Below are positions 1 to 7,899 of a stretch of DNA of 43,007 bases, piece after piece. The notes beneath the pieces were generated by a model. It was not told the DNA's origin and ran no database searches. It was given only the letters and a program-made list of their open reading frames with translations. Each line of letters starts with the position of its first letter. The stretch's first letter is position 1. The position numbers were made by a program, and so were the translations under genes. Origin of the DNA: an uncultured bacterium (GTDB taxonomy: Bacteria > Patescibacteriota > Minisyncoccia > Phycocordibacterales > UBA5272); the NCBI GenBank assembly GCA_903834855.1, contig CAILKS010000022.1, forward strand, positions 1 through 43,007. Reading direction: 5' to 3'.

Positions 1-1086
1 AGTGCCACTAGCGCCTTGAGACCCATCTCTACCATCTCTACCTGCTGGACCAGCTACTGTAATGTATTTGGTTATGTAGATAGGCGGAGTTTCCAGTTTC
101 AAGTTTCCAGTTTGCAGTGGGGAGTTGGAAGGTGCGGGTGTATTTTCTGCTATCTGTACAGTAGTTACTGGTATTTCCTTTGTGATCACAGGAGAAGGAG
201 GAGTTACTGTTGGAGTGGATGGATTATTTGAAGCTATAAAGTCAGAAGCAATTAAATCATAATTACAGCGACTACTATCTATTTTTATAGAAAATGCTGA
301 TAACCCACAATATAAATTAAGTGATAACCTATCAAGAATTGGAAGGTTATTTTTCGTCGCCACACTTACTGATGCTGCTGTAGTGAAAGCGCCGAGAACC
401 ATGCCTTTATCATTATTAATTTCCTTTGCAGATAAAGCATACAGAGGAAGTATGTTTGCATTCGCAACTCTTAGGGATGGATAAGTCAAACCCCTTTCTT
501 TATTTGCAAATATTGGATGTAAAGTTTCAGATAAAGAAAAGCTTTTTATTGGGAAAATACCAGAAGTTAAAGAAGAAAGCTTATAGTTTTTATAAGAAAA
601 TAATTTTAATTTATTACCAATAATAGAAACCTCTCTAGGGTTACCATTTAACAAAACGAATCTTTGATTATAATTATAAAAAACTAATTTAGATAATAGT
701 AAGTTTGTTTCAGAAGCCACCTCCCCTAAATTACTTAAAAAACTAATGCTACTTTTATTAAATTTTTGAGAAGCTTTAAAAAATTGTAAAGTTAGAGAAT
801 GATCATCTAAAACAAAAATATCGTTAGTTTTTACTAATGATATTTCTTCTGGCAAATGCTGGGTCACATTTTTAAAATAAGAAACAACCGCTGGAGCGCG
901 AAATTTATTAAAAGTAAAAATATTACTAATCTGGGAAATTTCAGATAAAAGTGAGAAAGAATTATTAGAATTAAAATCTCTATCCATGTCAAGATAGAGG
1001 GCATAAACTTTATTTGTTGCGAGAGACAGAAAAACCGTAGTTAATACAAAAATCAAGAGGAGGTTTTTACGAACAAAAATTAACAT
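1..1086 (-). CDS. Exported protein with signal peptide, Pro/Thr-rich linker and start of a collagen-like Gly-X-Y run; truncated by the window edge and absent from the ORF track
   Basis: Hand translation from ATG at 1086 is open for 362 codons to base 1. N-terminus MLIFVRKNLLLIFVLTTVFLSLATNKVYA; last visible residues GPAGRDGRDGSQGASGT. Confidence 0.8.
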   Translation of the reverse strand, partial: MLIFVRKNLLLIFVLTTVFLSLATNKVYALYLDMDRDFNSNNSFSLLSEISQISNIFTFNKFRAPAVVSYFKNVTQHLPEEISLVKTNDIFVLDDHSLTLQFFKASQKFNKSSISFLSNLGEVASETNLLLSKLVFYNYNQRFVLLNGNPREVSIIGNKLKLFSYKNYKLSSLTSGIFPIKSFSLSETLHPIFANKERGLTYPSLRVANANILPLYALSAKEINNDKGMVLGAFTTAASVSVATKNNLPILDRLSLNLYCGLSAFSIKIDSSRCNYDLIASDFIASNNPSTPTVTPPSPVITKEIPVTTVQIAENTPAPSNSPLQTGNLKLETPPIYITKYITVAGPAGRDGRDGSQGASGT

Positions 1087-1362
1087 GAATTTACTATAAA
1101 TTAAGTATAGTTTAAATACTGTAAAAGTATAGTAAAAACTGTTGATATTTTGTGGATAAAGGACACTCAAAAAATCTTTATTATATAAAGCTAAAATAAG
1201 AAATTTGTTAAATAAAAATACTCTAAAATTTTTAAAAAATATATCATCACTTTTAGAACAAAAAAGGAGGTTAAAAAATAGATAAAAAAATCACTAAAAA
1301 CAGGTATTTTTTACCCTATTTTTTAAAAGCAATAAAAAAGATTGTTTTACTAATAAAAAAGA

Positions 1363-2001
1363 CTACTTTATGTTTTTCCTAATAGACAAAATACCTTTTA
1401 AATATGACATTCTATGATACTTGGTTATTCCTAATTTTTTTATAGCAATTATATGGTTTTTTGTTCCATAACCAACATTATTCTCAAAACCGTAACCTTT
1501 ACAGGTATTTGCCAGCTTTTTCATATACTTATCTCTGGTTATTTTAGCTATTATTGAGGCTAAAGCTATCTCAACGTAGTTCTCATCCCCCTTTATGTGT
1601 GTTGATTGATTTAAATTATCTATTTTTACCTTAAGTCCCCCATCTAAATTAATTTTTATATGATTTATATCGATTCCTTTTTCTTTTAATTTGTTTAAAC
1701 AAGAAATTATACACGAATGTATCGAATTATTAACCCCATATTTATCTACATGTTCTGCACTTCGGCTAGATACCCCATAATCTATATTATTAATCTTTCT
1801 GTTTTTCCTAATAATTAAATATATGTTGTTACGTATAGCTAAACTAAGCTTCTTGGAATCCCTAATAGAACCATCAAAATACTCTCTTTTTGCACTTATT
1901 GAGTCTTTTAAGTAGACGGCACAGACGGTTACAGGGCCAGCAAGTGGCCCTCTACCAACCTCGTCGATTCCGATTACAGCTGTTGGTAAATACTTTATCA
2001 T
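1363..2001 (-). CDS. rnhB: Ribonuclease HII
   Basis: Motifs GIDEVGRGPLAGPV, DSKKLS, KGD...IALASIIAKITRD and GYGT. Confidence 0.96.
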   Translation of the reverse strand: MIKYLPTAVIGIDEVGRGPLAGPVTVCAVYLKDSISAKREYFDGSIRDSKKLSLAIRNNIYLIIRKNRKINNIDYGVSSRSAEHVDKYGVNNSIHSCIISCLNKLKEKGIDINHIKINLDGGLKVKIDNLNQSTHIKGDENYVEIALASIIAKITRDKYMKKLANTCKGYGFENNVGYGTKNHIIAIKKLGITKYHRMSYLKGILSIRKNIK

Positions 2002-2046
2002 TCACTTAGTATATAGCAATAAGTATGATACTTAACCCCTATTTAA

Positions 2047-2190
2047 AAAATTATCAATTTTCAATTTTCAATTATCAAAAGATACAAATAAGCTACTTAA
2101 GCCAAAATTATCAATTTTCAATTATCAATTATCAAAAGATACAAATAAGCTACTTAAGCCAAAATTATCAATTATCAAAAGAAATACAAA
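2047..2190 (+). repeat. Left-arm heptamer arrays (TTWTCAA)n within a 57-bp tandem duplication (about 2.5 copies)
   Basis: 2047-2103 and 2104-2160 differ at one base; a partial third unit starts at 2161. Confidence 0.92.
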
Positions 2191-2212
2191 GTATAATTGT
2201 GTTTATGAATTT

Positions 2213-2245
2213 ATTTGGAAATTGGAAATTGATAATTGAAAATTG
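2213..2245 (-). repeat. Right-arm heptamer array (TTGRWAA)n upstream of the four-helix-bundle gene
   Basis: atttggaaattggaaattgataattgaaaattg is the inverse orientation of the 2047-2190 arrays. Confidence 0.88.
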
Positions 2246-2286
2246 TTAAGAATGTTATTACATAATATACTTAGTCTTATAATCAA

Positions 2287-2646
2287 ATGACTGAAGAACG
2301 TATATATAACCTAGAGAAAAGAACTTTGGCTTTTGGGCAGAATATTGTAGCTCTCTGTAAGGGCTTTAAGAGTGAGCCTCTTACTAGACCAATGCTTATA
2401 CAAATAATAAGGTCTGGAACTAGTATCGGGGCTAATTATGTCGAATCTACTGGTGCAAGCTCAAAAAAGGACTTTGCTCACAAGATTTTTATTTGCAAAA
2501 AAGAAGCCCAAGAAACCAAATATTGGCTTGCTATTATAGGCTCCACCTTTGAAGAGCAAAACATCCAAGTAAAAAATCTTCAAAAAGAGTGCCAAGAACT
2601 AGTCCTCATTTTCAATAAAATTGCTAGTTCCTCACGTGCAGAATAG
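2287..2646 (+). CDS. Four helix bundle protein (23S rRNA IVP / TIGR02436-like, Avd-like fold)
   Basis: 119 aa with QIIRSGTSIGANYVE..GASSKKDF..K..ICKKEAQETKYWL, the characteristic family pattern. Confidence 0.92.
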   Translation: MTEERIYNLEKRTLAFGQNIVALCKGFKSEPLTRPMLIQIIRSGTSIGANYVESTGASSKKDFAHKIFICKKEAQETKYWLAIIGSTFEEQNIQVKNLQKECQELVLIFNKIASSSRAE

Positions 2647-2667
2647 GCAATTTTATTGTGATATTTG

Positions 2668-2698
2668 TTTGAAAATTGATAATTGAAAATTGAAAATT
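2668..2698 (-). repeat. Right-arm heptamer array downstream of the four-helix-bundle gene
   Basis: tttgaaaattgataattgaaaattgaaaatt; its reverse complement matches 2106-2136 at 29/31. Confidence 0.9.
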
Positions 2699-2713
2699 AT
2701 TTTATCATTAATA

Positions 2714-2728
2714 TGATAAAATAGACCC
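2714..2728 (+). promoter_or_regulatory. Extended -10 promoter of dnaE (leaderless-type)
   Basis: TG-a-TAAAAT followed by 6 nt and the ATG; no Shine-Dalgarno. Confidence 0.6.
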
Positions 2729-5700
2729 ATGTTCATCCATCTCCGTAATCATACCCACTACTCCCTGCTCAAGGCCCTGCCAAAGGTGAAGGAACTTATT
2801 TCTGCTGCTAAAAATAATAAAATGGGATATGTTGCCATAACAGATTACAGTAACATGTACGGTACTATTGAATTTTTTTCAAAGTGTAAAAAGGAAAAAA
2901 TAAAACCAATAATTGGAGTTGAGTTCTCTCTTATTTTTAACGAAAGAACTTTCCAAACAATATTGATCGCTCGGACCTTAGAGGGGTACAAAAATTTAAT
3001 GAGAATAGTCTCGATTGTAAACGTAGATAATCCACTTAATCCAACCCTTAAAGAAGAGACTCTTGTAACTTACAAAAACGGCTTAACAGTTCTCTCTGGT
3101 GGTGTTAGTGGTGACATTAGTAATCTACTTGTAATAAATGAAAAAGATGCCGACTCACGACTTCTATTTTATAAAGAACATTTTGGTGATAATTTTTATC
3201 TAGAAATAAATCCACAAACTGGTATGGACCGTGGTGTTGAAATGCGCGATAAGACTATAGAGTATGCAAGAAAAACAAACACTCCCCTGGTGGCCACATT
3301 CAATACTCACTATATACATGATGCTGATAAAGCAGCTCATAAAACTCTTTACATGGTTCATGGAGATTTACATTCATCTGATGAATACAATCATCTGTTT
3401 CAAAAAGATTCATTTGCCTTTGTAGATACAGACACTGCTAAAAAAATATTTGCAGATACCCCTGACGCAATTTCAAATACTGTAAAAATTGCAGAAAGCT
3501 GCGAACTGGAAATCCCTCTTGGCGACTGGGTGTTTCCAAATATTGAACACAAGAAAAGTTACAATGAGGACTTAAGAGATCTAGCATACGAGGGTTTAGA
3601 AATTAGAAAAATGGAGTTAACTGATATTGTAAAAACTCGATTAGAGTATGAATTAAAAGTTATTGCAGATAAGGGTTATTCCCCTTATTTTTTGGTAGTT
3701 TATGACCTTTTACGATTTTCTCGAGAGAACGACATCCTCACAAACATTAGAGGTTCTGTTGCTGGTTCTTTGGTGACTTATCTTCTTAGAATTACAAAAT
3801 GCGATCCACTCGCATATAAACTTCCGTTTGAAAGATTCCTAAATCCTGAGAGACCTTCGGCACCGGACATCGATATGGATTATGCAGATACTCGTCGTGA
3901 TGAAGTTATTGATTATGCTCGTCGTAAATATGGAATAGATAATGTAGCTCAGATAGGAACATTCGGAACAATGATGGCACGTGGTGCTGTGAAAGATGTA
4001 GCTCGTGCAATGAAATATCCATACGTTGTTGGTGACCGTATTAGTAAATTAATTCCAATGCCAAAACAAGGATTCCCTGTGACTATAAAAGGTGCTCTAG
4101 AAGACATCCCAGAGCTTAAAGAATTGTATGACACAGACCGTGAGGTGCAAATAATTTTAGACATGGCACAAAAAGTTGAAGGATGTGCCAGACACATTTC
4201 CGTCCACGCTGCGGGAACAGTTATATCCCCTGCTCCACTTTGGGAATGGACACCTATACAAAAAGATCCAAAAGGTGGAAAAATAATTACTCAGTACGAT
4301 ATGTACACAATTGAAGATGCTGGACTGCTAAAGTTTGATTTTCTAGGAATTAGAAACTTAACCATATTGGGAGATGCGATTAAAATTGCAAAAGAAAATT
4401 ATAACATTGATGTAGATATAGAGGAGGTATCATTATCAGATGCAAAAACTTTTGAAATGTTATCTCGTGGCGAGACTATGGGATTATTCCAATTAAATGG
4501 TTCTGGTATGACAAGATTTTTGAAAGAACTAAAACCTAACGCTATCTTTGACATTAATGCCATGGTGGCCTTATATCGTCCTGGACCGCTAGAAATGATT
4601 CCTGAATACATAAGACGTAAACATGATCCATCACTCATCTCTTATCTTGACCCAAGACTAGAACAAATACTAGACCAATCTTTTGGAGTTATCGTCTACC
4701 AAGATGATGTTATGCTTATAGCCATTCATTTGGCTGGATATTCTTGGCTTGAGGCAGATAAATTACGTAAAGCTATGGGTAAAAAAATACCCGCAGAAAT
4801 GCAAGCGCAAAAAGAAAAACTATTAGCTGGATTCGTAGAGCATGGGCTGTCTGTAAAAAAGGGACAGAAGCTTTGGGAATTAATTGAGCCGTTTGCTGCA
4901 TATGGTTTTAACAAATGTTTAACTGGAGATACAAAAATTGCATCTGCAGAGACTGGCGAGATTCTAACAATAAGAGAAATATATTCCAATAATTTAAAAC
5001 CTAAATTATTAAGTTTGGGGAATGATGGCCTGCTTCAAAATAAAAAAATTACTGCAGTACTTGAAAATGGTATAAAAAATATTTATGAATTAAAAACTAG
5101 ATCTGGAAGAATAATTAGAGCAACGGGTAATCACCCTCTATTAACATTTAGTAAATGGAAAAATCTTGATGAAATTAAATCTGGTGAACGTATAGCCGTA
5201 CCCCGTAATTTATCGAGTCTAATCGGTAATGTAAAAGAAAAAGAAAAAGCTGCAATACTGGGATATTTAATATCAGAAGGTAATCTCTGCCACCCACATG
5301 GTATTTATTTCTATTCAACACAAGAAAATGAAATAAAAGATTTTATAAAAAATTGTAATAATTTCGAAAATTTTAAATATACATTAGATAAGAGTAAAGC
5401 TGCTACTTCTGTTTATTGTGGCCAAATAGACCAGAAAAAAGGAAATAATCTAAATAAGTGGGTTGAAAAACTAGGTCTAAAAAACAAAAAAGCTACAGAA
5501 AAAAATGTCCCCGATTGTGTCTTCAAATGGGACAAGGAAACTCTTTCTATTTTTATAGGAAAACTTTGGCAAGGTGATGGTTGTATCAGTATAAAAAATG
5601 AACAGGTATTTTATGCTACGAGTTCAAAAGTTCTAGCATATGACGTACAACATTTACTTTTAAGGTTTAGTATTTTATCTACAATTCATGAAAAGAAATT

Positions 5701-7225
5701 TAAATATAGAGGAGGAATAAAAATCGGATTTACTGTAGTAATTTCTCATAGAGAAAACTTACGTAAATTTAAAAGTACTATCGGTATGTATTTAATCGGT
5801 AAGAAAAAAGAAGATTTGAAAAAATTGCTCACGTTAACTGAAAATACTTTAGATATCTCTGCGAGAGGAACTAAGAATATTATACCAGCGGAAGTAATGA
5901 TACATATACGAAGGATAATGTTAGAAAAAAATGTCTCTGTTAAAAAAATATCTAAAGATACTGCTCTTTCGGAGAGATTATTCTCATATGATAAAAAGAA
6001 GACTGGCTATCAAAGAGCTGTAATAGAAAAGCTAGGAAAGTATTTAAAATCAAAGGAAATTTTACAAATCGCTAATAGTGATATTTATTGGGATGAGGTT
6101 GTTTCTATAAAAAAATCTGGTAAAGAAATGACTTATGACTTAACTATTCCACCTCATCATAACTTTGTTGCAAATGATATTATTGTTCACAATTCGCATG
6201 CTGCAAGCTATGGAAGAGTGGCGTACCAGACCGCTTATATGAAGGCAAACTTCCCTGTTGCATATATGACAGCAATCATGACTAACGAATCTGGTGATGT
6301 AGAGAAAATTGCTGAAATTGTTTCTGAATGTAAAAGAATGAATATAAAAGTTTTACCACCAAATGTAAATACTAGTGCAGGAGGGTTCTCCATCGTTCAA
6401 GAAGGAACAGAGAACGATGAATTTTCAATTTCTAATTTTCAATTTTCAAAAAATACAGAGACAAATGCAAACACAGATGCGGATGCGATTAGTAATAATA
6501 CAAGTAATGAAGAAATACTTTTCGGTTTGTATACAATTAAAAATCTTGGAGTCGATATATCAGATGCAATAATTGAAGAAAGAAACAAAAATGGAAAATA
6601 TAAATCTTTCGAAGATTTTATACTTCGTGTTACTCATAAAAATTTAAATAAAAAATCTCTAGAGGCATTAACTAAATGCGGAGCACTTGATGATTTAGTA
6701 GAACGTGGGGAAGTTTTAGCAAACTTAGAAAGTATTTTAGAATTTCATAAACATGTTGTAAAAGATAATGTGATGCAAGATAGTTTATTTGGAGGAATGG
6801 AGACTTCTTCTTTTGTTATGAAAAAAGCTCCCCCTGTTTCTCAAGAACAAAAACTTTCTTGGGAAAAAGATTTGCTTGGACTTTTCGTTTCTGGTTTTCC
6901 TCTTGACCCTTGGAAAGAAAAACTTGAAGCTCGAGGAATAGACATAACTAAAGTTCACCACGATACTCCTGATGGTAAAGAAGTTTCTCTGGGAGTCATA
7001 ATTGAAAATATAAAAATAACTATCACAAAAAAAGGTGACCAGATGGCTCTCGTCAAATTACGTGATTATAAAGGAACTATAGAAGTTGCTGTTTTTCCAG
7101 AAACTTACAAGAAATATAAATCACTACTTATAATAGATGTGCCACTTGTTGTTAGGGGGAAAGTATCGACTAGAAATGGTGAGAAGACTATAGCAATAGA
7201 TGAGGTTCGTAATTTACGACAGTAA
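2729..7225 (+). CDS. dnaE: DNA polymerase III alpha subunit containing one intein
   Basis: PHP N-terminus, RGSVAGSLV, FERFLNPER..PDIDMD, GLLKFDFLG, YGFNK/SHAA, clamp-binding-like QDSLF, C-terminal OB fold. Confidence 0.98.
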   Translation: MFIHLRNHTHYSLLKALPKVKELISAAKNNKMGYVAITDYSNMYGTIEFFSKCKKEKIKPIIGVEFSLIFNERTFQTILIARTLEGYKNLMRIVSIVNVDNPLNPTLKEETLVTYKNGLTVLSGGVSGDISNLLVINEKDADSRLLFYKEHFGDNFYLEINPQTGMDRGVEMRDKTIEYARKTNTPLVATFNTHYIHDADKAAHKTLYMVHGDLHSSDEYNHLFQKDSFAFVDTDTAKKIFADTPDAISNTVKIAESCELEIPLGDWVFPNIEHKKSYNEDLRDLAYEGLEIRKMELTDIVKTRLEYELKVIADKGYSPYFLVVYDLLRFSRENDILTNIRGSVAGSLVTYLLRITKCDPLAYKLPFERFLNPERPSAPDIDMDYADTRRDEVIDYARRKYGIDNVAQIGTFGTMMARGAVKDVARAMKYPYVVGDRISKLIPMPKQGFPVTIKGALEDIPELKELYDTDREVQIILDMAQKVEGCARHISVHAAGTVISPAPLWEWTPIQKDPKGGKIITQYDMYTIEDAGLLKFDFLGIRNLTILGDAIKIAKENYNIDVDIEEVSLSDAKTFEMLSRGETMGLFQLNGSGMTRFLKELKPNAIFDINAMVALYRPGPLEMIPEYIRRKHDPSLISYLDPRLEQILDQSFGVIVYQDDVMLIAIHLAGYSWLEADKLRKAMGKKIPAEMQAQKEKLLAGFVEHGLSVKKGQKLWELIEPFAAYGFNKCLTGDTKIASAETGEILTIREIYSNNLKPKLLSLGNDGLLQNKKITAVLENGIKNIYELKTRSGRIIRATGNHPLLTFSKWKNLDEIKSGERIAVPRNLSSLIGNVKEKEKAAILGYLISEGNLCHPHGIYFYSTQENEIKDFIKNCNNFENFKYTLDKSKAATSVYCGQIDQKKGNNLNKWVEKLGLKNKKATEKNVPDCVFKWDKETLSIFIGKLWQGDGCISIKNEQVFYATSSKVLAYDVQHLLLRFSILSTIHEKKFKYRGGIKIGFTVVISHRENLRKFKSTIGMYLIGKKKEDLKKLLTLTENTLDISARGTKNIIPAEVMIHIRRIMLEKNVSVKKISKDTALSERLFSYDKKKTGYQRAVIEKLGKYLKSKEILQIANSDIYWDEVVSIKKSGKEMTYDLTIPPHHNFVANDIIVHNSHAASYGRVAYQTAYMKANFPVAYMTAIMTNESGDVEKIAEIVSECKRMNIKVLPPNVNTSAGGFSIVQEGTENDEFSISNFQFSKNTETNANTDADAISNNTSNEEILFGLYTIKNLGVDISDAIIEERNKNGKYKSFEDFILRVTHKNLNKKSLEALTKCGALDDLVERGEVLANLESILEFHKHVVKDNVMQDSLFGGMETSSFVMKKAPPVSQEQKLSWEKDLLGLFVSGFPLDPWKEKLEARGIDITKVHHDTPDGKEVSLGVIIENIKITITKKGDQMALVKLRDYKGTIEVAVFPETYKKYKSLLIIDVPLVVRGKVSTRNGEKTIAIDEVRNLRQ
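4916..6193 (+). mobile_element. 426-aa intein with LAGLIDADG-type homing endonuclease in DnaE
   Basis: Interrupts YGFNK|SHAA. Starts CLTGDT, block B ATGNHPL, endonuclease motifs LGYLISEG and FIGKLWQGDG, ends TYDLTI..HNFVANDIIVHN followed by Ser. Confidence 0.96.
6420..6458 (+). repeat. Heptamer array inside the dnaE coding sequence
   Basis: aattttcaatttctaattttcaattttcaaaaaatacag, encoding EFSISNFQFSKNT. Confidence 0.88.
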
Positions 7226-7242
7226 ATTAGGGACTTCGTCTT

Positions 7243-7477
7243 AATTTTCAAGTATCAATTTTCAATTTTCAAGTAGATACAATCAGGGAACCAAAATTTC
7301 CAATTATCAATTTTCAATTTTAAAGTAAACATAATACGGAAACATGCATTTTTTGAAAATTTATAATTCTCTTGTTATTTATCGTATTTTTATTGCGTTT
7401 TTTGAAAATTGATAAACAAAATTATTTTGGTATTTCCTGTATTTTTTGAAAATTGAAAATTGGAAATTGAAAATTAT
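7243..7477. repeat. Empty heptamer inverted-arm element between dnaE and secG
   Basis: (TTTTCAA)-type arrays at ~7243-7272 and ~7294-7323; (TTGAAAA)-type at ~7352, ~7400 and 7445-7475. Confidence 0.88.
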
Positions 7478-7550
7478 TTTATTATCTACCAACAACCCAA
7501 CTAATATAAGACTATTTACACAAACACACCCACTGTGATATAATACCCCC

Positions 7551-7778
7551 ATGGTTCAAATGCTATCTATTGTGCAAATCGCTCTAGCTATTCTCCTTAC
7601 AGCCCTCATCCTTGTTCAGCGTGCAAACACAGACGCTTCTGGGGCTCTTGGGGCAGATGGAGGAAGTACTGCAACGCTTAAAAAACGTGGGGGGGAATTA
7701 ATGCTTCACCGATTAACTGTTACTACGGCTGTTTTATTTGCATTAACTCTTGCAATTCCACTGATTCTATCTCGTTAA
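7551..7778 (+). CDS. secG: Preprotein translocase subunit SecG
   Basis: 75 aa, two hydrophobic helices, LILVQ...GALG and KRG linker; TG-a-TATAAT lies 6 nt before the ATG. Confidence 0.88.
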   Translation: MVQMLSIVQIALAILLTALILVQRANTDASGALGADGGSTATLKKRGGELMLHRLTVTTAVLFALTLAIPLILSR

Positions 7779-7793
7779 GCAAGCACACCAGAT

Positions 7794-7885
7794 AGTCGAA
7801 AGTCCATAAAGTCAAAAGTTTATAAAGAAATTGCATAATGCGAATTCAGTATCAACTTTTTACTTTATGAACTTTACAAACTTGA
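7794..7885. repeat. Inverted-arm array of 7/9-nt units (AAAGTC / GACTTT family)
   Basis: agtcgaaagtccataaagtcaaaagtttataaag ... actttttactttatgaactttacaaactt; a related right arm is at 16184-16218. Confidence 0.7.
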
Positions 7886-7899
7886 TGAACTAATCATGT

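Noticed and set aside
16..623. Plus-strand ORFs 16-231 and 426-623
   Set aside because: They are antisense to the 362-codon minus-strand frame that has a signal peptide and collagen-like repeat.
1151..1159. Perfect DnaA box (TTATCCACA, minus strand) in an AT-rich intergenic region, possible oriC
   Set aside because: Only one perfect box, and no dnaA or dnaN nearby.
2047..2190. Possible CRISPR array
   Set aside because: The would-be spacers are identical, the units are low-complexity heptamers, and no cas genes are present.
2025..2249. 74-aa ORF with NYQFSI repeats
   Set aside because: It is the translation of the heptamer arrays and the 57-bp duplication; there is no independent coding evidence.
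2287..2646. Diversity-generating retroelement (Avd-like gene)
   Set aside because: No reverse transcriptase and no TR/VR pair with adenine-only mismatches. The 11565/39266 pair differs at non-A positions too and is non-coding.
3949..4989. Antisense and alternate-frame ORFs inside long genes (here in dnaE; also in rnj, MFS, nrdAB, uvrA/B, murE, tgt, fba, pfkB)
   Set aside because: Shadow frames overlapping well-supported genes, with no recognisable motifs.
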